Assembly: GCA_038062895.1 (NCBI GenBank)
Contig: JBBTWJ010000005.1
Coordinates: 67,715-131,714, forward strand
DNA length: 64,000 nucleotides
Direction: 5' to 3'
DNA from: Patescibacteria group bacterium
GTDB lineage: Bacteria > Patescibacteriota > Microgenomatia > UBA10105 > UBA927
A program made the position numbers and the translations under genes. The notes beneath the pieces are model-generated. The model was not told where the DNA came from. It was given only the letters and a program-made list of their open reading frames with translations, and did no database searches. Below, piece by piece: positions 31,299-40,027 of the stretch. The stretch's first letter is position 1, and the number at the start of each line of letters is the position of its first letter.

Positions 31299-31403
31299 TG
31301 GACTTATTTAAGAGCGTGACGTCTGATGTTAGAATACCCACATGGTCTTTCGCCACCTTGTACGACAATCAGTATAAATGTTGTTTCTATTTATATTAGA
31401 GCT

Positions 31404-32105
31404 ATGCAACACGATATATCCATGACGGTTGCTGATATATGTTTTTCTTTGCGTTTTCCTACTATAAGATACACAAATTTTTTTAAACGAAAATATGTAA
31501 AGTATCTTCGACGTAAAGGTAGAGAACGGGCGATAACCTTTCCATATGTAGTTGATTACCCAATACAACGATTGCCATTTTTAAAATTTAATATGTATTT
31601 TCGAAATATTGCCTGTTCCGTATTAAAAAAGCACGGAGGGCTCATTCTTCACGGATCGGCATTGGTACATAACAACTTGGGATACGTTTTTGTCGGTCCT
31701 CCCGGAGCAGGAAAATCAACCATGCGGAAGCTTTTTTCTGATTATACATGTCTCGGTGATGACACGGCAATCGTACGAAAAGTAGGTAAGAGATACTACA
31801 TGTTTGGCTCTCCATTTTATCAGAAAACAAATATTGCTTATTCAAATGTGAAGATTCCGTTGCGCGGGGTGTATATTCTCAAACAGGCAACTATAACAAA
31901 ACTCGTACATTTATCTTATGCAGAGAGCCTGTCTCAGATATTAGCGAATACGTTTATGTCAACTGTGAATAGCCTATCGGATGAACGAACGAAAACCATA
32001 TCGCTTGTTATGCATATGATCGATGAAATACCAATAGTTATGCTTAATTTTGAAAAAAAACGTTCATTACTTGAATCTGTGGTTTTTCGAAAGCCCACAA
32101 CTTGA
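31404..32105 (+). CDS. HPr kinase-like P-loop protein (ScmC / lasso-peptide-kinase-like)
   Basis: ILHGSAL, FVGPPGAGKST, LGDD, GSPF motifs. Confidence 0.75.
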   Translation: MQHDISMTVADICFSLRFPTIRYTNFFKRKYVKYLRRKGRERAITFPYVVDYPIQRLPFLKFNMYFRNIACSVLKKHGGLILHGSALVHNNLGYVFVGPPGAGKSTMRKLFSDYTCLGDDTAIVRKVGKRYYMFGSPFYQKTNIAYSNVKIPLRGVYILKQATITKLVHLSYAESLSQILANTFMSTVNSLSDERTKTISLVMHMIDEIPIVMLNFEKKRSLLESVVFRKPTT

Positions 32106-32117
32106 ACACATCATCAT

Positions 32118-32399
32118 ATGTTTGTAACATCGGGATCGAGCATGGCCCCGTTGATCGAAACGGGTTCAAAGTTGATTATTGATTGGCACCCAAAGATATT
32201 TAAGTTGGGAGACGTCGTCTTGTTTTTTAGCCACTACAACCGCTTGGTCGCGCATAGAATAGTAGCAGTTGCTCCCTCAGGAACAAAGAAGCATTATTTA
32301 ATCAAGGGGGATAATACGTTCCATGATGATGGATGGTTTGAAGAGGCGCAGCTCGTTGGTAGGGTTCGCAAAATTATCCGGAGGAGAAAAAGCTCTTGA
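32118..32399 (+). CDS. Soluble S24/S26 family peptidase (Ser-His type)
   Basis: SGSSMAPLI, GDVVLF, VAHRIV, IKGDN; no TM anchor. Confidence 0.85.
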   Translation: MFVTSGSSMAPLIETGSKLIIDWHPKIFKLGDVVLFFSHYNRLVAHRIVAVAPSGTKKHYLIKGDNTFHDDGWFEEAQLVGRVRKIIRRRKSS

Positions 32400-32433
32400 C
32401 CGAGATCGATTTGAGAGCTGCTGCATAAGCAAA

Positions 32434-33177
32434 TTATTCGAGAAAAAATTTGGACCATTCGGTTTTTTGAAAATAACGTTTGAGTTCTGTGTAGTTTTTT
32501 AGTAGATACGGAAGCGGAGTGGTATTGAGCTTGATTAAAGAGGATGCAAGGGGTTTTTGTTGGAGTTGTAAGAAATCCAGAATTTTGGCCGACCGCTTTT
32601 CCTTATTTGTGACCATGCTTTCGTATGTAATGGAAAGCATATCACTGTTTTGAAAAAAATCATCATAATACCGCTGATGCGTTGATACGATCATAAAATA
32701 TTTGAGACACTCTTGTGGATTGATCGTTAATCTTATTTGGTGGATGTGTGCCTGGTTTGTTGCCATTATAATATTCGTTTTTAACGTTAAAATTGTAGAA
32801 ACGTATGACGCAAGGAGATTTGTTCGTTTAAGATGAATGATTTTTATTTCACGATGATCGCGTAGCCATGTCCAGATGTGACCGGCTCTGCAATTAATTG
32901 CCTGCGTATACATAAGCTTAAATCCGACTGCACGAACATGATTAGGATATTGTTTATATATATGATGTCTCAAAAATATCAACGGAAAGCAGTCGCGTAC
33001 ATGAGCGAATAGCCATGGCTCAAGAGCGCTCCTATGGGGGAAACGATTGAAATAGGAAGGATGAAAACACTCACCATATGCCCGTACCATTGGATGGCTG
33101 TTGAGTAAGGAGAGCAACCACACCGTACCACTCCTGTAGGTAGATAGAATAATAAATCGCTGATAATTTTTGTTCAT
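32434..33177 (-). CDS. Sulfotransferase (NodH/Stf0-like)
   Basis: FIILSTYRSGT PAPS loop, LNSHP, GFKLMY, LKRTNLLASYVS, ITYE. Confidence 0.88.
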   Translation of the reverse strand: MNKNYQRFIILSTYRSGTVWLLSLLNSHPMVRAYGECFHPSYFNRFPHRSALEPWLFAHVRDCFPLIFLRHHIYKQYPNHVRAVGFKLMYTQAINCRAGHIWTWLRDHREIKIIHLKRTNLLASYVSTILTLKTNIIMATNQAHIHQIRLTINPQECLKYFMIVSTHQRYYDDFFQNSDMLSITYESMVTNKEKRSAKILDFLQLQQKPLASSLIKLNTTPLPYLLKNYTELKRYFQKTEWSKFFLE

Positions 33178-34049
33178 ACAGGAATAAGAGCCTGATGGGG
33201 AAAATTTCCCTTTAATTGATGTACGGCAATAAGTGTGGATGTTGTTTTTCCGTTTAAATATAAATGATGGTTCGGAAACGCACGTTTGTAATAACTAATA
33301 ATTTGTTGCACAGAAGATTTTTTGGCGCCGAGGAGATTAACAAAGACGATCGTCCGCATCTTGCTTAAACGCGCGAGGGTGTGAATAAATCGCCACCCAA
33401 GTGAGTTCTTCGGTATTTCCGAGTTTACAAAAAGATCTACGATGATTATGTCATACTGTTTTTTTGTGTGTGTGACATACTCCGATGCATCACGGAGTAG
33501 AAGAGTAATTTTTTGAGTCTCCCTCGGAGATAAAAAAAATCGTTTTGTGATTGACACCATGGTCTTTGATATTTCGATCACATCAATGTGAGAGGACGGA
33601 TATTGTTGAATAATAGTTTTTGCAAGAGAGCACCCACCCCCTCCCAGGAGCAAGACGGCCGCATTGTCTGGAATAGATTGTGCCTGTAAAATAATCCGGA
33701 TATTGTCAAAATATGCCCATGTCGATTGTTTGGTAAAAAATATTTTAGAATCGATTGCGTTGCTATTGAATGTTGATAATGATCGATAATTATTAAGTGA
33801 ATGAAATGGTTTGTAATAATCCTTAATTTCATATTGTTTTCCATATTCCATGAATGAATATCTGCGGATCACTATGCCGTATTTGTAGGCAGCAACAACA
33901 CATATGAAGGCCAAGGTAATAAACGATCCGACGATAACGTAGCCAAGTGATCGAGTGAGGTCGTGACCCCATACAGCAAAAATACCGCTATTTCGACGCC
34001 GAATAAGAGCATCAAGCGTTTTACCCCTACATTTATATATGCGATCCAA
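33174..34049 (-). CDS. Spermidine-synthase-like class I SAM-dependent methyltransferase, N-terminal TM
   Basis: VLLLGGGGCS, DVIEI, DASEYV, YDIIIVDLF; start uncertain. Confidence 0.75.
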   Translation of the reverse strand: MDRIYKCRGKTLDALIRRRNSGIFAVWGHDLTRSLGYVIVGSFITLAFICVVAAYKYGIVIRRYSFMEYGKQYEIKDYYKPFHSLNNYRSLSTFNSNAIDSKIFFTKQSTWAYFDNIRIILQAQSIPDNAAVLLLGGGGCSLAKTIIQQYPSSHIDVIEISKTMVSITKRFFLSPRETQKITLLLRDASEYVTHTKKQYDIIIVDLFVNSEIPKNSLGWRFIHTLARLSKMRTIVFVNLLGAKKSSVQQIISYYKRAFPNHHLYLNGKTTSTLIAVHQLKGNFPHQALIPV

Positions 34050-34081
34050 AATATTGGCACGATGGGCATCATATTGTCTTA

Positions 34082-34804
34082 TTATGTTTTTCGGTGCAAA
34101 TAATTTTTGAGTACTGTATGAGAACTATTAATTTTAATAATTGTTCCTTTATGCATCCAAATAATTTTTTGGGTGTGTTTTCGAATGGTTTCGAGATTGT
34201 GAGACACAACAACCAGAGTCAATGTATGCGAAATGATTTTTTGTAGTGCTTTTTTTAATTTTGTTTGAAAGTTTATATCTCCTGCTTGTAACCCTTCGTC
34301 TAAGATCAGAACATCGGGGTTCGTATATACAGAAATAGCAAATCCCAACCGCAGTTTCATCCCTTGTGAATAGGTAAACAGCGGAGCATCGATAAAGTTG
34401 TCAATATCTGCAAAGGCGATTATGCGTTTGAGTTTTTCGTCAATTTCTCGCCTTTTCATCCCCAAGAGCAAGCCGTTAAGGTATACATTCTGTTCGCCTG
34501 TTAACTCCGGATGGAAGCCGGCCTCGAGATCAATAAGGGACACGACTTGGCCATGAGTTTTTACGGTACCGGAGGTCGGCGTGGTGATACCAGCGATGAT
34601 TTTGAGCAGCGTGGTCTTCCCCGATCCGTTGGAGCCGATGATGCCTACCCGCTCCCCCTTGCGGATGGTGAGATTTACATTGTTGAGTGCCCAAAATTCT
34701 TCGTCTTTCCCTTTAGCAAGCCGTTCCATCAGTGTCGGCTTTTCATGGTGGATGGTATACTTTTTACTTACGCCACTTAGTTTAATGGCTATTTGGTTAT
34801 TCAT
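34082..34804 (-). CDS. wzt: Polysaccharide ABC exporter ATP-binding subunit Wzt/TagH
   Basis: EFWAL, GSNGSGKTT, YSQGMKLRLGF, LILDE, VVSH. Confidence 0.9.
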   Translation of the reverse strand: MNNQIAIKLSGVSKKYTIHHEKPTLMERLAKGKDEEFWALNNVNLTIRKGERVGIIGSNGSGKTTLLKIIAGITTPTSGTVKTHGQVVSLIDLEAGFHPELTGEQNVYLNGLLLGMKRREIDEKLKRIIAFADIDNFIDAPLFTYSQGMKLRLGFAISVYTNPDVLILDEGLQAGDINFQTKLKKALQKIISHTLTLVVVSHNLETIRKHTQKIIWMHKGTIIKINSSHTVLKNYLHRKT

Positions 34805-34824
34805 AATTCACGAATAGACACGAA

Positions 34825-35223
34825 TCACTCGCGAATAGAGCGCGAATTGTTAATGATACGTTTATATTCGAGCCTGGGACGACGGAAGTTTACCAAAATA
34901 GCTAGGGGCAGATTTGTTTCTACGAGATATGCCAGAGCCTGCTTGAAAAATTTAGGACTATATGCCACTTGAGCCTTCGTTTCTAGAATGATCTGATTTT
35001 CGACAATGAAATCAAGAATATACTTGCCTATCGGCTCTTCTTTGTAGGTGAGGGCGACGGAGATTTCCCGTTTATACGCGATTTTTTGATTATCGAATTC
35101 TTTTGCAATGGCTCGTTGATAGTATTTTTCTAACAAAGAGGACCCGAGTTCGTTGTGGACGGCAAACAACGCACCCATGATTTTATATGATAGTTCTGGT
35201 AAGACGATAGGCTTGTCAGTCAT
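34825..35223 (-). CDS. GxxExxY family protein (PD-(D/E)xK-like)
   Basis: VHNELGSSLLEKYY, LDFIVE...ILETK, LVNF; CACGAAT-like repeats at its 3' end. Confidence 0.85.
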   Translation of the reverse strand: MTDKPIVLPELSYKIMGALFAVHNELGSSLLEKYYQRAIAKEFDNQKIAYKREISVALTYKEEPIGKYILDFIVENQIILETKAQVAYSPKFFKQALAYLVETNLPLAILVNFRRPRLEYKRIINNSRSIRE

Positions 35224-36079
35224 ATTTGATTATTTCGATATGCGATGTGTGCCATGGTTCCCATTGCATGAACAGGTTGCCGTGTTTTAAATCATTGATT
35301 TGTTTATTCGTGCACGCGGGGTAGTTGGAACCGATGTCTCTGTTTGGGATGCAGAGCCTATCGAATTTTTTAAGAAATTTTAATTCGTTTTTCTCGGTAT
35401 ATACAAAAAGAAATGATGGAACCGGCGTATGTTTATTTAGTTCTAACAGACCCAGTATGAGCATGCTGTTTCTTTCCCGGCCGCCGGATGATCCGTTTCC
35501 CCCGCGGCTGGCGACTTTTTGATCGTCTTGCTCCCAAACAAAGATGTTGTCATACGGGTTGCGCCAATCAATCCAATTGAGCGGTTCCGGCAAGCAGTAA
35601 TACCGTTCCCTGTCGATCTGAACGCGGTTTTGAAAAAGCTTTATGTGATTGCGGTGTTTGGCAAGAATTGCGCGTTTGTATCGCGGTTCCAGTTCTCGCT
35701 CAATTATAAAGTCATCTATTGTTTCATATTTTTTACTTTGTTGCCAAACAGGGCGGTATCGTTCAAGCCACGTAGCAAACAGATCGTTTCCTTCTCTCTG
35801 GCCAAACTCCTCAAAGAACAGGGAATACAGGAGCTTCCGGTATTTGCTCACCATCGGCTTTTTGGTTTTTTTGACGTATTCTTTTCTGTTTCTTAACTCC
35901 CATTTCAGCGGGTCGATAATGACGGTAATCGTATACGGGTTTTTATCCTGCAGTGCCGCGGCGATCTCTCGGTGCGTGCGGAACAGTGCGTTGGACCAGG
36001 AAATGTTTTCAAAAAGTATTGGGTCGAAATCCTTTTGGAGTGCGGACGGATTGATTTGGATGGTTTGTAGGACATTCAT
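35216..36079 (-). CDS. Hypothetical protein (287 aa) in AbiE cassette
   Basis: Full ORF tightly packed between abiEii and GxxExxY genes. Confidence 0.7.
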   Translation of the reverse strand: MNVLQTIQINPSALQKDFDPILFENISWSNALFRTHREIAAALQDKNPYTITVIIDPLKWELRNRKEYVKKTKKPMVSKYRKLLYSLFFEEFGQREGNDLFATWLERYRPVWQQSKKYETIDDFIIERELEPRYKRAILAKHRNHIKLFQNRVQIDRERYYCLPEPLNWIDWRNPYDNIFVWEQDDQKVASRGGNGSSGGRERNSMLILGLLELNKHTPVPSFLFVYTEKNELKFLKKFDRLCIPNRDIGSNYPACTNKQINDLKHGNLFMQWEPWHTSHIEIIKYD

Positions 36080-36092
36080 AGTGCCGTTAGCA

Positions 36093-36839
36093 TCAGATAA
36101 AACTTTTGACTTCCTGCCGCAGAAGCCGGGGGAAGTCTTTCAGGAGCGCGTGAAAACCTGAAGGGAGAAATTCTGTCAGTTCTTTGGTAAAAAACGCCGG
36201 ATCATGAGGAATAAGAGCGAGTGCTCGGGGCAGCACCGTGCGCTGCGAGACAGGGAGGAGGTTTGCCCGGAGCATGTAGTAGAGGTCAAAAAAATCCCGA
36301 GGTTTCTTGCGTGAGAGGAGCGCCGTTAGTTTACCGCTCATAATGAGATCGCGCGGCAAAGCGATGAGACTGTAGTTTGGGAAAAACTCGCTGGTGATAA
36401 TCACGAGATCACCGCGTGTTTTTTTGCTGCTGCGCAGGGAAAACTCGGTGCGTATATCAATCGGTCTCCCATGGAGACGGAAGACAATGTTTGCGAGATA
36501 TCCGCCGCTGGTTGGTGCGGCCCCTTTGACATCAACGGCAATATTGGTTCTCCCTATGGCGATGACGGTGTCCGTTAGGACATCCTCAATCGTGGCGATA
36601 TCGTGCTTTGTAAAATCGTACGGTGTTTTTTCTACGTGTTCAAAATCCAAATCTTCGGAGAAGCGCGGACTTTTATATACAAGCCTGATAGCAGTACCGC
36701 CCTTAAAGCACAGTGACGCCGAGTTTTTTTGCTGGTAGAGCGCGCGCAGAAACAAGTGTTGGCAGTACTCGCGTGCGACATTGGTCTCGCTCGTTTGCAG
36801 TTTTGTGGCCAGCGCAATGATCGTGTCATGCGATATCAT
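36093..36839 (-). CDS. abiEii: AbiEii/AbiGii-type nucleotidyltransferase toxin (type IV TA)
   Basis: FKGGTA, RFSEDLDF, RKKPRDFFDL. Confidence 0.9.
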   Translation of the reverse strand: MISHDTIIALATKLQTSETNVAREYCQHLFLRALYQQKNSASLCFKGGTAIRLVYKSPRFSEDLDFEHVEKTPYDFTKHDIATIEDVLTDTVIAIGRTNIAVDVKGAAPTSGGYLANIVFRLHGRPIDIRTEFSLRSSKKTRGDLVIITSEFFPNYSLIALPRDLIMSGKLTALLSRKKPRDFFDLYYMLRANLLPVSQRTVLPRALALIPHDPAFFTKELTEFLPSGFHALLKDFPRLLRQEVKSFI

Positions 36840-37435
36840 GGCGCCACCTTTCGTATCAACTCCTCAAGGATCGGACGCCGAAACAGTTTTGCGTAGGCGC
36901 GGAGCTTTTTTGTATCTATCTCCTGAACTGAAAGCCGGTCGTTGAGCGTTTTTTGACCCAGAGATACGAGGTAGAGGTAATCGACAAGCGCTTTTTCGCG
37001 GTCCGCCATCAGGATGAGGCGGTTTGCGTCGGAGACCGGTGTATAGCCCGTGTATGCATCGCGTTTCACTGTGTGATAGATGTAGGTTTTACCCAACACG
37101 GTAAATCTGCGCGTTGGTTTAGTGGTCGTCGAGGTTATGGCATACACCGCTTCCGGCATCATGTTGTACCACGCTAGCGCGTACTCAAACGAGATATATG
37201 ACGGCTCGTAGAGCCGGTTGGCGAGTGTCTGCTCGTCCGGTAAGCTCGTTTTTACCCCATAGAGGCCGCGTTTAAACCGAACAAGGAGGCCCTGTTGGGT
37301 GTAGGTCTCGAGGAAATATTTTCTTTGATACGCCGTGGCGTGAAAGAGCCGCGTAAACTCATCCGGCGTAAAGACGGTCATCCCTTTCTCCAGGAGCTTT
37401 TCTTGGACGGAAAACGGTTTCAGTAAGGTAGACAT
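36836..37435 (-). CDS. abiEi: AbiEi-type antitoxin / transcriptional regulator
   Basis: wHTH with KRGLY, PSYISFEYAL, ADREKALVD; overlaps abiEii. Confidence 0.88.
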   Translation of the reverse strand: MSTLLKPFSVQEKLLEKGMTVFTPDEFTRLFHATAYQRKYFLETYTQQGLLVRFKRGLYGVKTSLPDEQTLANRLYEPSYISFEYALAWYNMMPEAVYAITSTTTKPTRRFTVLGKTYIYHTVKRDAYTGYTPVSDANRLILMADREKALVDYLYLVSLGQKTLNDRLSVQEIDTKKLRAYAKLFRRPILEELIRKVAP

Positions 37436-37452
37436 TTTTATACTTTAATGAA

Positions 37453-37481
37453 ATAATACTGTTCCGTATAAACGCTGTCAA
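37453..37481 (-). promoter_or_regulatory. sigma70 promoter of abiE cassette 1
   Basis: Minus strand TTGACA-17 nt-TATTAT. Confidence 0.7.
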
Positions 37482-37482
37482 G

Positions 37483-38250
37483 TTACAGCCAATCATCAAA
37501 ATATCTACTCTCGCGTTGGAAAACAGAAATACCAAGGATAGCAATGATCAAAATAACACCAATGTTAGATAGGAGCATGGCCGGGCCGGGGCCTGGCAAA
37601 CCCAAGATGGCCATTTGAAGAAGTTGGAGGATAGACGTGAGAGGGTTAAATCTCCAGAGCCAGAGGAAACGGGGCGGGATCATGGTAAGCGCATACATGA
37701 CAGGGGTTGCATAAAACCAAACAATGAGGAGGGCGGAGATAAAAAAACTGACATCACGAAAGCGCACATTGAGACTTGCGGTCAAGAGGCTTAATCCGAC
37801 AGTAAATGAGAGTAATAACACAAAACTCAACAGAATGAGAGGAGCAGAAAATATGGAGAGTGTCCCGAGGAAAAGAACGGGTATGAGGTAAAGGAGGAAT
37901 GCGAGAAAAAAATGGATGAAGTTGGAGAGGATAATGGAGATAGGGATGACGGCGTGGGGAAACCGCGCTTTTTTTATGAGTCCCCGTTCGTTGACGATGG
38001 ACGGGGTGGTTTTGGCTAGCGATAGCGAGAAAAAATTCCAGACCAACAGTCCGTTAAAGAGGAAAAAATAATAATTTTTTACCGGCTGTTTGAGAAGGAA
38101 TGTAAACACGAATCCGATGACGAGCATCTGGAGAAGTGGGTTGGCTACAAGCCATAAAAATCCGAATAGTGTGTGTTTGTACCGCGCGCGCAGTTCCTTC
38201 TCCGTCATGGCGATAATGAGTTCGATCGCGTGAGCCACTTCTTTTCGCAT
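37483..38250 (-). CDS. wzm: Polysaccharide ABC exporter permease Wzm
   Basis: ELRARYK.T.FGFLW, RDV, WFYATPVMY, NPL motifs. Confidence 0.9.
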   Translation of the reverse strand: MRKEVAHAIELIIAMTEKELRARYKHTLFGFLWLVANPLLQMLVIGFVFTFLLKQPVKNYYFFLFNGLLVWNFFSLSLAKTTPSIVNERGLIKKARFPHAVIPISIILSNFIHFFLAFLLYLIPVLFLGTLSIFSAPLILLSFVLLLSFTVGLSLLTASLNVRFRDVSFFISALLIVWFYATPVMYALTMIPPRFLWLWRFNPLTSILQLLQMAILGLPGPGPAMLLSNIGVILIIAILGISVFQRESRYFDDWL

Positions 38251-38279
38251 GGGGAATAGTATACTCTATAGTACGATTT

Positions 38280-39269
38280 ATGCACGCTTCATCTTCTGTC
38301 TCTATCGTCATCCCTACAATCCGGACGCTTGAGTTTCTTGATGTCTGGAAAAATCAGTTGCCGGGCGTTTCGCTCTATATAATAGAAGATCACCCGACGA
38401 AAGAACTGGTCACGCCTATCCTTGATGGGATACGGGTCCATCATTATAGTTGGGAAGACATTCACCGCGAGTTTGGGGACGATGAATGGATATTTTCGCG
38501 CAAAAATGCAGGGATCCGCTCGTATGGATTTTGGAAAGCATATCAGGACGGGGCGGATGTCATCATGACGCTTGACGATGATTGCTACCCCGCGGGTGAC
38601 CAGCTCATTGCGGGACACATCGATAATCTTTCCTACAAAGCTCCCGCCTCATGGATGAGTGTGTACCCGGATCCCAAACATCTCTACACCAGAGGGTTTC
38701 CGTACGGCGTTCGAGACCAGAAACAAACAGTCATAAGTCATGGGCTCTGGTCCGGGGCTCTTGACCTGGACGCTAAGACCGAAGTAGTGAGCGGAAAACT
38801 CAATGAGAAACCGTATCCCCCGCTTCGGACAATAGTGCCGTCTGAAGTGTTTTTCCCAATGTCCTCAATGAACCTTGCGTTTGCCCGCGTCATCACGCCT
38901 GCTATGTTTTTTCCGATGATGGGATATGATCCGAGTGGCCAGCCGTGGGGGTACGACCGGTACGATGATATTTGGGCGGGTGTCTTTGCCAAAAAAATTT
39001 GTGACCATTTAGGGTTAGCGGTGGTAAGCGGGTCTCCGTTTGTGGATCACCGGAAAGCGTCGGACCCGGGAGCGAATCTCCAAAAAGAAAAAACAGGAAT
39101 GGCGGCTAATGAGACGTTGTGGAAAATCGTTGACTCCGTAAAGCTCACCAAGAGCGATCCAGCATTCTGCTACAGCGAGCTTGCAGGGAAAGTGAAGTTT
39201 CCCCGTCTCCCCTACTTTGACAAGTTACGGCGGGCGATGAGGATATGGGCAGAGCTATATGAAGAGTAA
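38280..39269 (+). CDS. Reversibly glycosylated polypeptide (RGP/GT75) family, UDP-arabinopyranose mutase-like
   Basis: IVIPTIR, TLDDDC, TRGFPY, SHGLW, FPMSSMNLAF, RYDDIWAG, ICDHLG match recalled plant RGP motifs. Confidence 0.85.
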   Translation: MHASSSVSIVIPTIRTLEFLDVWKNQLPGVSLYIIEDHPTKELVTPILDGIRVHHYSWEDIHREFGDDEWIFSRKNAGIRSYGFWKAYQDGADVIMTLDDDCYPAGDQLIAGHIDNLSYKAPASWMSVYPDPKHLYTRGFPYGVRDQKQTVISHGLWSGALDLDAKTEVVSGKLNEKPYPPLRTIVPSEVFFPMSSMNLAFARVITPAMFFPMMGYDPSGQPWGYDRYDDIWAGVFAKKICDHLGLAVVSGSPFVDHRKASDPGANLQKEKTGMAANETLWKIVDSVKLTKSDPAFCYSELAGKVKFPRLPYFDKLRRAMRIWAELYEE

Positions 39270-39330
39270 GGAGAAGATAAATTAGTAAGGCGTTGACAAA
39301 ATCGCCTTACTATAGTAGGATAGAGATCCT

Positions 39331-39597
39331 ATGTATCAAACGGCTACGATTACCAGCAAGCGGCAGCTTACTATTCCAGCGGAAATGTATCGGAGGATGA
39401 ATTTTGAGAAACGGCAGAAAGTCGTTCTTTCTTTGGAAGCTGATGTGATCCATATAGAACCGGCGTTTGATTTGGTCGAGCGGCTTGCCGGATCCCTTTC
39501 TGTGCCACCAGCCTATCGGGGAAAAGATGTAGATACCATGATTGCAGATGCGAAGCGAGTATATATCCAGAAACGGATGAAGCGTCGATTGGTATGA
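39331..39597 (+). CDS. AbrB/MazE-type antitoxin (VapB)
   Basis: TITSKRQLTIP motif; upstream TTGACA-17-TAGGAT promoter with palindrome TACTATAGTA. Confidence 0.85.
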   Translation: MYQTATITSKRQLTIPAEMYRRMNFEKRQKVVLSLEADVIHIEPAFDLVERLAGSLSVPPAYRGKDVDTMIADAKRVYIQKRMKRRLV

Positions 39598-39998
39598 TAT
39601 TTGTTGATACAAATTATTTTCTCCGTTTTTTCCTCGGGGAGCCCTACGATCAGGCTACCCACGTCAAGACACTCTTCCAAAAGGCCGCGCGCGGGGACGT
39701 GGAGCTTGGTACGTCAGTAGTGGTATTTTTTGAAGTGTACTGGGTCGCCTCATCGTTTTATCAGGTGGATGAAGAAAAGATTGCAGAGTTTCTCCAAAAT
39801 ATGTTGAAGATGGAGTTTATCCGCCTGGAAAATCGACCGATTTTGATTGAGGCGGTGTCACTGTATCGGGGTATGAATTTTGATCTGGAAGATGCCTATA
39901 ATTTGGCTTTTGCCCGCACCTCTCGCGCTAAAGAGTTTGCAACGTTTGACGTAAAACTCAAAAAGAAATCTTTGGAAATTCTCAAAGGAACGGTGTAA
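39594..39998 (+). CDS. PIN-domain toxin (VapC)
   Basis: FVDTNYFL, FEV, DLEDA, ATFD. Confidence 0.88.
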   Translation: MIFVDTNYFLRFFLGEPYDQATHVKTLFQKAARGDVELGTSVVVFFEVYWVASSFYQVDEEKIAEFLQNMLKMEFIRLENRPILIEAVSLYRGMNFDLEDAYNLAFARTSRAKEFATFDVKLKKKSLEILKGTV

Positions 39999-40027
39999 AA
40001 AATTTTACGTCATGGACCTATGAAGCG

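Noticed and set aside
25199-32399. Canonical lasso peptide or PQQ cluster
   Set aside because: No asparagine-synthetase-like cyclase, B2 protease, or PqqB/C/E in the window; the peptide has no ring-forming core or ExxxY motif
33872-34072. 66-aa hydrophobic ORF suggesting a frameshifted methyltransferase start
   Set aside because: The main frame already gives a plausible TM N-terminus; cannot be resolved without homologs
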